From Candidatus Kerfeldbacteria bacterium (GTDB taxonomy: Bacteria > Patescibacteriota > Patescibacteriia > SBBC01 > CAIJZX01): 64,000 nt of DNA. Positions 29,722 through 38,830 of this stretch are shown here, piece after piece. The translations under genes and the position numbers were made by a program. Positions within the stretch are counted from its first letter, which is position 1, and each line of letters starts with the position of its first letter. Below the pieces are notes generated by a model, which made no database searches, was not told the origin of the DNA, and saw nothing but the letters and a program-made list of their open reading frames with translations. Where the stretch lies: positions 76,059 through 140,058 of the forward strand of contig CAIJZX010000012.1 of NCBI GenBank assembly GCA_903825245.1, in the 5' to 3' direction.

Positions 29722-29991
29722 TCCCACCAAAAACTAGCTATTACCAGACATCTGTATCGAAGATACGGAGTGTTTGGATATGAAAAATTGGGACGAGAAG
29801 GGCCGAGCACTTGCGCCGGTGGCGCGAGAGCGCAGGCCCCGGCTCGACGAAGTGCCGTTGCCGGGAACCCCGCAGGGTCGGCAACAAGCTTCGGCGAGGA
29901 GTCCCAGGGGACCCACCAAAAACTAGCAATTACCAGACATCTGTATCGAAGATACGGAGTGTTTGGATATGAAAATTGGGACGAGAAGGGC
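29722..29991 (+). repeat. two approximately 80-bp direct repeats (29722-29802 and 29912-29991) flanking a GC-rich approximately 110 bp insert that ends in the tRNA 3' fragment
   Basis: CCCACCAAAAACTAGC[T/A]ATTACCAGACATCTGTATCGAAGATACGGAGTGTTTGGATATGAAAA(A)TTGGGACGAGAAGGGC occurs twice. The first copy begins with a truncated gtcccacca. Confidence 0.55.
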
Positions 29992-30004
29992 TGTTTTGGG
30001 TTGC

Positions 30005-30661
30005 CTACGCCGCGTATTTGATGATGGCGAAGTAGTGCAGGACGGTTCCGGCGATCACGAAGATGTGCCAGATGAAATGCGCGTACGGCAGGCGTTTCGC
30101 GTTAAAGAAGGCAATCCCGCCGATATAGGCGACTCCCCCGGCGCCGAGCCAAGCGAGTACCCACGGCGACGCTTGCACCCACAGTGGCCGAGCCGCAATC
30201 ATAATCAGCAAACCCATGCCGACGTAGAGCATGTTCGAGAGATGACGATTCGAGAGTTTTCCTAAAGATTTCAGAACGATACCGCCGGCCGCGAGGATCC
30301 AGATCGCCCCGAACAACGGCCAACCCCAGGCGCCGCGCAAAACGCCAAGCGTGAACGGTGTGTACGTTCCGGCGATCAGCAGATAAATGCCGCTGTGATC
30401 AAGGACGCGAAAGACTTTCCGCGCTCGCGGATGTGGAATAGCGTGATACAACGTCGAACCGAGATATAAGAGTGAGGCACAGCCGATGAAGATGCTCACG
30501 CCAACAATATCCCAGGTGGTGCCGTGGTGAATCGCATGGAGAATCAAAAACGGTGCACCGACAATCACCGCGACAACGCCGAGGCCGTGGGAAATGCTGT
30601 TGGCGATTTCTTCGCCAATTGTTGGCTGGCGTTCACCTGGCCGCTCTTTGTCACTTTCCAT
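30005..30661 (-). CDS. hemolysin III / PAQR-family channel protein
   Basis: The protein has seven TM helices and HxxxH-type motifs (HAIHHG, HFIWH). The likely start (MESDKERP) is at 30661. Confidence 0.7.
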   Translation of the reverse strand: MESDKERPGERQPTIGEEIANSISHGLGVVAVIVGAPFLILHAIHHGTTWDIVGVSIFIGCASLLYLGSTLYHAIPHPRARKVFRVLDHSGIYLLIAGTYTPFTLGVLRGAWGWPLFGAIWILAAGGIVLKSLGKLSNRHLSNMLYVGMGLLIMIAARPLWVQASPWVLAWLGAGGVAYIGGIAFFNAKRLPYAHFIWHIFVIAGTVLHYFAIIKYAA

Positions 30662-30803
30662 AGATGTTGATTGGAACCAAATAGTGAACACTCTTGAACC
30701 TGCACCGTAACACAAGGAGGCTGAAAAATCAATGAAAAATGCTTGACGACACGGTGTATATAGCCTACGCTTGATGTAACACCAATTACCAGTCAACACG
30801 TCT

Positions 30804-31730
30804 ATGGACAATCCACCCCTCGTTCCGCCGCAACAGCCGCCACACCACGTGTCTGTCGGTAAGGCTATCGTCAAAGCTCTTGGATTTGGTTTGCTCCTAG
30901 CCATACCAATGACCTATATATTTACTTTGGGTATTGGAACTGTTATAAGCTATTTCCGACTGAGCTATCACTGGGGACTTGGTGGAATTTTTGTTGGCCT
31001 AGCAATCATCATCTACGCCTTTATCGTGAATGCGATCATCATGGTTTTGGCGACCTTTATCACCCTCGAACGATCATCGCGACCGTACGTGCACGCCATT
31101 TTGATTGGCCTACTCATCAACGTCATCGCTGTCGCCGGAGGCTGGGGGTATAATTTGTACACGCACCAAGGTCAACTTACACAACTCGCTGTCGATCGTA
31201 ACAACGACAAATATGTTGATGCAAAAAAATTGAGTGATTGTGCTAAGCTAACAGAAGTGAACGCTTGGACAATTTGTATCAAAGATAAGATCATTGACAC
31301 CACTACGTTAGCGACCTGCAAAACGCAAGCTGCACGATACGGTGGTTCGAATAGTGAAGCTGCATTAACCTGTCAGGATCGCTTCATTATCAATACCGGC
31401 GCTATAGCCCAATGCAACGATTTGCCGCTTGTTGGATCCGACCCAAACAGCCAACGGTATTGCCTGCTCGACACCATTGAGAAATCCTGGGAAAAGAATA
31501 ATCGAAAAACTCCGGCATCAATCGTGGCCGGATGCTCTGGAATGGCCAATGCCGCGGAAAAACAATTCTGCTATGTCGCTTCCCTTCGGCAGTTATCCAA
31601 AGGTGATGCCGCAGCCGCGGCCGCTTGCCAAGGTATCAATCCTGCTGTCTGGTTTGGTATTGTGAATAATGCCAATAATGATTTGACCAACATTCAAACC
31701 ATTTGCGGAATTACGATCACCGCGTCGTAA
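30804..31730 (+). CDS. membrane protein with a Cys-rich extracytoplasmic domain
   Basis: Three to four TM helices are followed by about 180 aa containing many Cys residues. Confidence 0.45.
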   Translation: MDNPPLVPPQQPPHHVSVGKAIVKALGFGLLLAIPMTYIFTLGIGTVISYFRLSYHWGLGGIFVGLAIIIYAFIVNAIIMVLATFITLERSSRPYVHAILIGLLINVIAVAGGWGYNLYTHQGQLTQLAVDRNNDKYVDAKKLSDCAKLTEVNAWTICIKDKIIDTTTLATCKTQAARYGGSNSEAALTCQDRFIINTGAIAQCNDLPLVGSDPNSQRYCLLDTIEKSWEKNNRKTPASIVAGCSGMANAAEKQFCYVASLRQLSKGDAAAAAACQGINPAVWFGIVNNANNDLTNIQTICGITITAS

Positions 31731-31850
31731 TAACTCTTTTTTGTTTTTTTAGTCATTATGAAACATGCCTGTACTGGACATGTTCTATCTTGACTTCCGA
31801 AAAAATATATGATAAGACCGTACTAAATGTAGCTCCTTTTACCCGCGGAG

Positions 31851-32174
31851 ATGCCCATGAGCACTTCATCTGCTCCGACGACAATCATCACCGTTGTGGA
31901 ACAAGAGGGCAAGCGTCTCTTTCGCTTTCCCGACGGCACCGAAAGCGAAGCGTTGGCGGCACACCCATACGCAGGCCAGTGCTTGACAGTTCTTCGGGAA
32001 GGATTGGCCCTTGCCCGGACACGAGAAATTGCCATTGACGGCAACCATGGTGCCTGTACGTGTTTCTGCGGCCTGCCGTGGCCATTCGGATTCGAATCGC
32101 GCGTTCCCAGTAGTCACCTCGTCGCTAGTTGGTTTGTTATCGGCGATGAGCTCCGTATCAGCGATACTGCATAG
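31851..32174 (+). CDS. hypothetical protein (GC-rich patch)
   Basis: GGAG lies 5 nt upstream of the ATG. The ORF ends inside the plus-oriented terminator hairpin. A competing minus-strand ORF at 31866-32216 exists. Confidence 0.3.
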   Translation: MPMSTSSAPTTIITVVEQEGKRLFRFPDGTESEALAAHPYAGQCLTVLREGLALARTREIAIDGNHGACTCFCGLPWPFGFESRVPSSHLVASWFVIGDELRISDTA

Positions 32175-32192
32175 CACACTATGCAGTTTTTT
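32167..32192 (+). terminator. rho-independent terminator
   Basis: CTGCATAG-caca-CTATGCAG is followed by TTTTTT. Confidence 0.5.
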
Positions 32193-32718
32193 ATTTCTTT
32201 CCTTGAGCTCTCTCAATGAGCTTGTAGAAAACTTCCCGCGTCGTAATCACATCAATCAACGCGCGGTGCGCGCTCGGTTGCGGAATTTTGAGGTAGGCGG
32301 CGACGTTCGATAAACGGTAACTTGCGAGCAACAAATAGCGCTTAGCGATTTCCAGTGTGTCGATGTACTGATTTGGTAGCGGCTCTTTGCCGAGGCGCTT
32401 TAGGTGTTCGTTGATAAAACCAAGATCGAAGGTGACGTTGTGGCCGATAATCACACAGTCGCCGACAAAGGCGATGAGCTCAGGTATAACATCTGCCACG
32501 TCTTTCCCTTCGGCATCGATGTCAGCCTGGGTGATGCCATGGATTTTCGTGGCTTCGGCCGGAATCGGTTTTGTGGTTTTTAACAGCGACACAAACTCCC
32601 CGACGACATCGCGGCCATGGATCTTTTGGGCGGCAATTTCAATAACCTCGTCGCCGGCAGACGCATTGAGGCCGGTTGTTTCCACGTCGAGGACGACGAA
32701 ATCGAGGGGCAATGGCAT
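32191..32718 (-). CDS. DnaQ-like 3'-5' exonuclease (DEDDh)
   Basis: VVLDVETTGL, H..FD..F and H.AL.D motifs are present. Confidence 0.75.
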   Translation of the reverse strand: MPLPLDFVVLDVETTGLNASAGDEVIEIAAQKIHGRDVVGEFVSLLKTTKPIPAEATKIHGITQADIDAEGKDVADVIPELIAFVGDCVIIGHNVTFDLGFINEHLKRLGKEPLPNQYIDTLEIAKRYLLLASYRLSNVAAYLKIPQPSAHRALIDVITTREVFYKLIERAQGKK

Positions 32719-32837
32719 AGAACCACAGTATACGGAATATCTGCCCAGTCTTCAAGACTGTGGATGAATTCGGTGGACAAGATGGTATCAACAGCCGTTG
32801 CAGGTAATGCCCTCCTCAGGTACACTACTTGAGCTAT

Positions 32838-32917
32838 GTCCCGTTAGAAACTCCTTGGGACAAGCCTTAATTTCAACTATGGTTTTCGAACTCATTATAG
32901 GAAGTTTCTAACGGGAC
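32838..32917 (+). promoter_or_regulatory. 15-bp perfect inverted repeat (GTCCCGTTAGAAACT ... AGTTTCTAACGGGAC) in the dnaB 5' leader
   Basis: The arms lie at 32838-32852 and 32903-32917. The right arm ends 1 nt before the dnaB ATG, and the loop is 50 nt. Confidence 0.4.
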
Positions 32918-32918
32918 T

Positions 32919-34289
32919 ATGGCCATTACTTCTGAACTCCGCATACCACCCCAGCAACTCGAGGCTGAACAGGCCGTCTTAGGGTCAATGCTGATTGACC
33001 GCGATGCAGTTATTCGAATTGCTGATACGCTGATTCCGGAGGATATGTATGCCGATAAGCATCGTTTCATCTACGATGCCATGTTGACGTTGTACCAACG
33101 CCACGACCCAATCGACATTGTCGCCCTCTCAAACCTTCTCGAAGAGCGCAAACAATTGGACACCGTGGGCGGACGAAGCTTCCTGGTATCGTTGTCGAAC
33201 GCAGTTCCGACCGCCGCTAATATCGTTCAGTACGCCCAAATTGTTCAAAAGAAAGCTACACTCCGGCGTTTACTCGACGCGGCTGGAACGATGCTCCAGC
33301 TCGGGTATGAAGAAACCGAGGATGTTTCTGCTTTGCTCGATAAAGCCGAACAATCAATCTTCAACGTTTCGCAACGCTACCTTCGCCAGAATTTCATTAA
33401 CATTCGCGACGTCCTCGATCAAGCTTTCGACCGTATCGACCAGCTCCACCATGATTCGGGACAATTGCGTGGCGTACCGACCGGCTTTACGAAACTCGAC
33501 TCACTTCTCGGTGGTCTGCAAAAATCCGACCTTATTATTCTTGCCGCTCGTCCATCTGTTGGTAAGACATCATTAGCGCTTGATATCGGACGCAACGTCG
33601 CGGTCAAAACGAAACAACCGGTCGGCATCTTCAGCTTAGAAATGTCCAAGGAACAACTCGTTGATCGTTTGCTCGTGGCACAAGCCGACGTCGATTTGTG
33701 GAAAATGCGCACCGGTCGTTTGAAAGACGATGAAGACTTTCAACGCATCGGCCATGCCATGGGCATGCTCGCGGAAGCACCGATTTTCATTGACGATAGC
33801 GCTAGCGCGAATATCATGGAACTCCGCACTAAGGCACGACGATTGCAAGCCGAACACAAAGGTCTCGGATTGATCATCATCGACTACCTCCAACTGATGG
33901 AGAGCCGGACGGGCGAAAACCGCACGCAGGAAATTTCGGAAATTACTCGCGGCTTGAAATCAATTGCTCGCGAATTGAACGTGCCAGTGCTCGCGCTTTC
34001 GCAGTTGTCCCGCGCCGTCGAACTCGAGCGGCCGCCGATCCCGAAACTCGCCCACCTTCGCGAATCCGGTTCAATCGAACAGGACGCCGACGTGGTCATG
34101 TTTATCTACCGTCCGGCCGTCTATGACCGCGATATCGAGGAAGATAAGAAGAACTTAGCTGAAATTATTGTCGCCAAACATCGTAACGGTCCAACCGGCC
34201 GCGTGAACCTCTCTTTCGTCGACCGACGAGCTTCCTTCGATAACCGCGAAGAACGCCCGGGCGAAACCGAGTTTTCGAGCGAGGGATAA
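32919..34289 (+). CDS. dnaB: replicative DNA helicase DnaB
   Basis: The N-terminal IPPQQLEAEQAVLGSMLID is followed by Walker A (ARPSVGKTS) and the rest of the DnaB C-terminal domain. Confidence 0.9.
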   Translation: MAITSELRIPPQQLEAEQAVLGSMLIDRDAVIRIADTLIPEDMYADKHRFIYDAMLTLYQRHDPIDIVALSNLLEERKQLDTVGGRSFLVSLSNAVPTAANIVQYAQIVQKKATLRRLLDAAGTMLQLGYEETEDVSALLDKAEQSIFNVSQRYLRQNFINIRDVLDQAFDRIDQLHHDSGQLRGVPTGFTKLDSLLGGLQKSDLIILAARPSVGKTSLALDIGRNVAVKTKQPVGIFSLEMSKEQLVDRLLVAQADVDLWKMRTGRLKDDEDFQRIGHAMGMLAEAPIFIDDSASANIMELRTKARRLQAEHKGLGLIIIDYLQLMESRTGENRTQEISEITRGLKSIARELNVPVLALSQLSRAVELERPPIPKLAHLRESGSIEQDADVVMFIYRPAVYDRDIEEDKKNLAEIIVAKHRNGPTGRVNLSFVDRRASFDNREERPGETEFSSEG

Positions 34290-34306
34290 ATTGACACAAA
34301 GTAAAA

Positions 34307-34329
34307 ACCTACTACGTAGTGTAGTAGGT
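34307..34329 (-). terminator. terminator hairpin for the upstream minus-strand gene
   Basis: ACCTACTA-cgtagtg-TAGTAGGT is followed by TTTTTACTTT on the minus strand. Confidence 0.4.
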
Positions 34330-34344
34330 GAAATTGTAATGCAG

Positions 34345-34767
34345 TTACAGACGCTTGAGCGTCGCCAGACCGACCATGCTGGCCATTTTCTTGACCGCCC
34401 TATTGATTGATTCATCCCAACGAACCATCGCCTCGAACATCGGCCTTCCGCCAGGATGTTGCGCCACATCAGGAACAACGTAGAGCACCGTGCCGGTTCG
34501 CAATCCGTCAACATAGCTCACGCGGTGACCATTCCACTCGATCTGGAGCTGACGAACAATATCCGCGCGACGAGCTGCGGTGATGCCCCTGACCCGGTTC
34601 CCCCACAGGACATACCACATGATACGCGTACACGTTGAGGATCGCGGGGCTCGTTTCAACCGATAGGTTTGAAAGAATTCCATAACCTCCGATTCAAGCT
34701 CATCGTCTGGTCTCATCCGATGGGAAATCTTATTCTTCCCGACTGTGCTCCTAGTTGAACTGCCCAC
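34345..34767 (-). CDS. hypothetical protein (GC-rich patch)
   Basis: A GTG start has the strong SD GAGGAGGTG 4 nt upstream. A terminator lies downstream. Confidence 0.4.
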   Translation of the reverse strand: MGSSTRSTVGKNKISHRMRPDDELESEVMEFFQTYRLKRAPRSSTCTRIMWYVLWGNRVRGITAARRADIVRQLQIEWNGHRVSYVDGLRTGTVLYVVPDVAQHPGGRPMFEAMVRWDESINRAVKKMASMVGLATLKRL

Positions 34768-34870
34768 AAAGCACCTCCTCGTGTAGAAGGAACAAACGAA
34801 TCAAAACGTGGCCGAATCCTAGTCCAGGATTATTACTATGTCAAGTTCACTATAAGAAAAAGCGTCCGGG

Positions 34871-35098
34871 TTACGAACGCGTGGTTTTTGGCTGTTGGGC
34901 AGCGATGATAGCGCAACCGATGCCGAGACCAGCCGAAAGACTGAAGATGTTCGTGACCACCGGTCTTGCAGCATCAAGGTGATTTGCCATGCAGATTGGA
35001 ATGACCACCAGGAGAATAATCAGTTCGATCAAGAGACAGGTGCCGGAGATGTTGCTAGCCAGTATCCGCGGTTGCATGTTCTTGAAGATTCGGTGCAT
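34871..35098 (-). CDS. small membrane protein
   Basis: GGAGG lies 4 nt before the ATG. The 75 aa protein has two TM helices. Confidence 0.35.
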   Translation of the reverse strand: MHRIFKNMQPRILASNISGTCLLIELIILLVVIPICMANHLDAARPVVTNIFSLSAGLGIGCAIIAAQQPKTTRS

Positions 35099-35211
35099 GG
35101 AACCTCCATGGAAAAGGACTATAATCTACTTACAACGACTCTAAACCATATTATGTGGTCGGTCAACAAGGCGTTTGCCTAGATAGCCACTTTTTGATAA
35201 ACTATCGTCCT

Positions 35212-35517
35212 ATGACAATGTTTACCAAGCTCAAACAGTACAAAGACCTCCGCGATCAAGCGAAGGATATTCAGGGCGTTTTAGCCCAAGAAACCGTCTA
35301 TGCCGATAAGGCCGGCGGCAAGGTTCAGGTCGTGATGGACGGCAATCAGCACGTCAATGGCCTGACCATCGATCAAGAAATGCTCAAGCCTGAACGCAAG
35401 ATAGAACTCGAAAAAGCCGTTCAGGAAGCCTTCAATGATGCCGTCAAGAAATCACAGATGGCTATGGCTAAGAAAGCGCGCGAGATGGGCAATTTGAACC
35501 TCCCATGGCTCTCCTAA
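35212..35517 (+). CDS. ybaB: YbaB/EbfC nucleoid-associated protein
   Basis: MTMFTKLKQ...GGKVQVVMDGNQHVNGLTIDQE matches the family. The gene sits immediately upstream of recR. Confidence 0.75.
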   Translation: MTMFTKLKQYKDLRDQAKDIQGVLAQETVYADKAGGKVQVVMDGNQHVNGLTIDQEMLKPERKIELEKAVQEAFNDAVKKSQMAMAKKAREMGNLNLPWLS

Positions 35518-35523
35518 AGGAAT

Positions 35524-36123
35524 ATGGCCACGTACCCGCCGGCCATTTCACGTCTCCTTGATGCGCTGACCACATTGCCAGGCGTCGGACCAAAGACCGC
35601 TGAGCGGTACGTCTTTTCGTTACTTCGACAATCCCCGCAACGCCTCCATGAACTCTCCGAAGCAGTCGAACATTTACGTGATCGTATCGTGCTCTGTTCA
35701 CGTTGTCATACCTTTGATGAACAGAATCCTTGCCGCTACTGCTCCGATAAGAATCGCGAAACCACCACGATTTGCGTCGTGACCGACTCCCCTGATGTGA
35801 TTGCGATCGAACACACCGGCGCCTACAAAGGCCAATACCACGTCCTCGGCGGCACGGTCAGCGCGATGGAAGGACGCGGTCCGGATCAGCTCTTCATCCG
35901 CGATCTTGTTGAGCGTATTGCCAAAGAAGGCATCACGGAAATTATCTTGGCCATGAATCCGGATATCGAAGGCGAAACGACCACGCTGTACCTAAAAAAA
36001 GCGCTCGAAGGTCAGCCAGTGAAAATCACTCAACTCGCCCGCGGCATTCCGCAGGGCGGAGACGTGACCTACCTCGACGAAGCGACGTTATCAGAGGCGA
36101 TCAGCCACCGACAGACGGCCTAG
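35524..36123 (+). CDS. recR: recombination protein RecR
   Basis: LPGVGPKTAERYVF, a C4 zinc finger (CSRCH...CRYC) and a Toprim domain are present. Confidence 0.9.
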   Translation: MATYPPAISRLLDALTTLPGVGPKTAERYVFSLLRQSPQRLHELSEAVEHLRDRIVLCSRCHTFDEQNPCRYCSDKNRETTTICVVTDSPDVIAIEHTGAYKGQYHVLGGTVSAMEGRGPDQLFIRDLVERIAKEGITEIILAMNPDIEGETTTLYLKKALEGQPVKITQLARGIPQGGDVTYLDEATLSEAISHRQTA

Positions 36124-36125
36124 CG

Positions 36126-37244
36126 CTAGCTACACTGCTCCGTATTTTCATTTGCATCTCCCGAGCATTCGCGGATTTTTGTATTTGCCTGGTTGACCGG
36201 ATTAAAGGTGTATTCGCCAAACCAATACGCACCAGCATCGCCAGAACCACAACGATAGGAAATAATTCCAGTTTTTATATCCCAGGAAATGTGCCCAGCA
36301 CATTCACCACCGTAGATTGCCCGTCGAGGCGTTGCTTTAACGAAAGAGTCTGTCGCGATGGTGTACACACCAATAAGCGATTGCCCTTTGCTATCGTTCG
36401 ACTTTTCATACACCACCTGCTGTAAACTCTCATTGAGACAAGCTTCATTGACCGCCCAGCCATCAATAATTTGACTGGAGAATTTTTTCCACCATGGTTG
36501 AGATAGTACTGTATTGTCCGTGAAGGGCGCGGCAAAACAACGCAAACGATATGCAGCGGTCGTACTTGGATGGTCTGGAATGGTAAGGGTGGAAAAAATT
36601 TCAGCCGCGATGGACGAAGAGGTAGCGCCCCATACTGTCACGTGCAACAGCAGGTCTTGTTCTTGACCGAAGAATTGAAGTTGAGATTGAACCTGATCGG
36701 CACCGGACTCAATTGCGCCCCAAACAGCTGTTCCGCTCGAAAGCGATACTTGCGTTGGCTTTGTAATTATTTCACTATCGCTTAATCGCAGCACCTCCCC
36801 AAGTCGATGATCAGAAACAGAAACTTCAAGATACATCGAACCTGGAGCGGTTACTTCCTCCGGAGGATTTGGAGAATACGAACCAAAAACGAAATGCGTG
36901 GTACTTGCCGCGGAAGTATCAAAGGTTATTGTTGGCGGGTACTTGAATGAATAACCGTAAGTTTTATCTGTATACGTTTTCCAATCCTTCATTGTGTCGG
37001 AAGCGCCGTTGGTATTACTAACAGTGTTGGTGTTAGTTGCAGCATTTGTGTTGACCGCCGTATTTGCGTTCGCTGTTGTATTCGTCGCCTTGTGCACAAG
37101 AACTGGAGTTATTGTTTCGTCCTTTTCCGTCGGCCATTGCGAATAAGCGAAAACACCAACCAAGGCGGACATGGCTAAGATGACAGTCACAACCGGAATG
37201 AGATGGCTCGGTTGTTTTGGTTTGATTGGCGTGGGGTCGGCCAT
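36126..37244 (-). CDS. signal-anchored N/T-rich secreted protein, tandem paralog 1
   Basis: Its N-terminal 100 aa are nearly identical to the adjacent paralog (PKQPSHLIPVV.VIL.MSALVGVFAYSQWPT), including an ANTN low-complexity linker. Confidence 0.45.
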   Translation of the reverse strand: MADPTPIKPKQPSHLIPVVTVILAMSALVGVFAYSQWPTEKDETITPVLVHKATNTTANANTAVNTNAATNTNTVSNTNGASDTMKDWKTYTDKTYGYSFKYPPTITFDTSAASTTHFVFGSYSPNPPEEVTAPGSMYLEVSVSDHRLGEVLRLSDSEIITKPTQVSLSSGTAVWGAIESGADQVQSQLQFFGQEQDLLLHVTVWGATSSSIAAEIFSTLTIPDHPSTTAAYRLRCFAAPFTDNTVLSQPWWKKFSSQIIDGWAVNEACLNESLQQVVYEKSNDSKGQSLIGVYTIATDSFVKATPRRAIYGGECAGHISWDIKTGIISYRCGSGDAGAYWFGEYTFNPVNQANTKIRECSGDANENTEQCS

Positions 37245-37270
37245 ATTGATGTTCGTTAAAGTATTTCGAA

Positions 37271-38446
37271 TTACTTTGTGAAGGTGGAGAGAATTGTGTT
37301 GTAAGTACTATATGAATCTGGGACATCTTGTGTCCAGCTAACAACAATGTAGGAGCTACCGGTCTTAAAAAAGGTTGCTACTTCAGCTCCGGCATAACTA
37401 CAGCCTTCAACTTGTTGTGGACGCTCTTCCCCGGCAACAGTCACATTTGTATGGGACGTCAGACAGGAATCTGACGGATAAAGAGTATTTTTCGTCTTTA
37501 CTACAACCATTGGTGTTGAATACATTTTACCTGAAGTACTTTTACCACTGAAAGTAACATTCGCATCAGTCTTGACAACATTCCAATCAGCTGGGTATTT
37601 CAATGTGTATGAATTATCGGTACTCGTATACGTCTTCCAATCGGCGGTTGGGGAGGTAAAGGAAAAGGTTGCAGCTATACTTTTCCAAATGTCTACGTTT
37701 TTTGTCGCTTTCCCTATAGCACCATCGAGCGGCGCTCCAGAACTGAAATTTAATTCGACAACTTGGTTTTTGTCAGTGTTAATGAAAAGAATACTATTTG
37801 TTAAAGCACCCATATCGCCGATACCGGTAATTGAACCGGTTGCATTAACACCAGAAATCGTTTTGAGTTGTGCATCGTGCATAGCGGTTGCTCCTTCGGC
37901 TACCCAGAAATCTTTTGTAGTTGCGTGGTAAACATAGATTGATCCACCCGGCGGATCGTTATAGGCGTATTTATTTAAAGGAAAGACATTAACCGTTAAA
38001 CCGGGATATTCGGCTTCGGTTACTGGATTTACTTTAAACGTTGCAAGTGCGGTTAGCGTACCTGATTCAGAAACCACTCCAGTACTACTTTCGACATAAC
38101 CAGTTTGTTGTTGGGTTGTTGTCGGGATGATAGTGCTATAGCCCTTTGGATAGCTGAACGAAAACTCATAGGTCGAATTCGAATACGCCTTCCAATCCTT
38201 AGTTACATCAGAGACACTGTTCGTATTTGTGGCCGAATTCGTGTTAGCGGTTACGTTTGTATTTACCACAGTATTGGCATTCGCCGTCGTATTCGTCGCT
38301 TTATGCACCACCACTGGCGTTACAGTATCCTCACTTTTTGTCGGCCATTGCGAATAGGCAAAAACACCGACTAAAGCGGACATGGATAAGATAACCGCCA
38401 CGACCGGAATAAGGTGGCTCGGTTGTTTTGGTTTCGGATCGGTCAT
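37271..38446 (-). CDS. signal-anchored N/T-rich secreted protein, tandem paralog 2
   Basis: It is paralogous to 36126-37244. Confidence 0.45.
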   Translation of the reverse strand: MTDPKPKQPSHLIPVVAVILSMSALVGVFAYSQWPTKSEDTVTPVVVHKATNTTANANTVVNTNVTANTNSATNTNSVSDVTKDWKAYSNSTYEFSFSYPKGYSTIIPTTTQQQTGYVESSTGVVSESGTLTALATFKVNPVTEAEYPGLTVNVFPLNKYAYNDPPGGSIYVYHATTKDFWVAEGATAMHDAQLKTISGVNATGSITGIGDMGALTNSILFINTDKNQVVELNFSSGAPLDGAIGKATKNVDIWKSIAATFSFTSPTADWKTYTSTDNSYTLKYPADWNVVKTDANVTFSGKSTSGKMYSTPMVVVKTKNTLYPSDSCLTSHTNVTVAGEERPQQVEGCSYAGAEVATFFKTGSSYIVVSWTQDVPDSYSTYNTILSTFTK

Positions 38447-38521
38447 AGGTTTTTCTCTTAGTTTTTTGTATTTTCAGAATAGCACAAAACCGCCTATAAG
38501 GCTACATCAGCTCCGTTCGCC

Positions 38522-38830
38522 TTAGGCGTTAATCTTGGTAATCGTGACCGTCGTCTGGAGTTGGCGATGGCCGAATTTTCGATGGTAACGGACTTTATTG
38601 TGGAACTTTACGCCGGTCACTTTCTCATGGCGGTCATGGTTCAACACCGTACCTTCAACGGTCACACCCTTCAGCTTCGGATCGCCGAGTGTCGCTTCGG
38701 TTTCTCCAGTCAGCAAGACATCGTCAAAGACGACCTTTTTTCCGGCCTCAACATCGAGCTTTTCGATGGTGATTGTTTGGTTAGCGGTGACGAAGTATTG
38801 CTTGCCACCTGTGCGTATAACTGCGTACAT
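38522..38830 (-). CDS. rplU: 50S ribosomal protein L21
   Basis: MYAVIRTGGKQY... matches L21. The ORF-track N-terminal extension is spurious. Confidence 0.85.
   Translation of the reverse strand: MYAVIRTGGKQYFVTANQTITIEKLDVEAGKKVVFDDVLLTGETEATLGDPKLKGVTVEGTVLNHDRHEKVTGVKFHNKVRYHRKFGHRQLQTTVTITKINA

Larger units (their letters stand above)
20642..29918. mobile_element. integrated genomic island at the tRNA-Lys 3' end (serine-recombinase integrative element)
   Basis: A 20-bp direct repeat GAGTCCCAGGGGACCCACCA lies at 20642-20661 (tRNA 3' end) and at 29899-29918. The recombinase gene abuts and overlaps the tRNA. The cargo is AT-rich relative to its flanks. Confidence 0.6.

Noticed and set aside
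29716-30021. ORF-track ORFs 29716-30021(+), 29734-29919(-), 29741-29929(-) and 29963-30265(+)
   Set aside because: They span the tandem att-like repeats and GC-rich insert or run antisense to the hemolysin-III gene. The repeats and GC-rich composition create open frames that are artifactual.
34155-34514. 119-aa minus-strand ORF overlapping the 3' end of dnaB
   Set aside because: It overlaps a confidently called gene and has no RBS. The alternative 34345-34767 ORF has a strong SD and a terminator.
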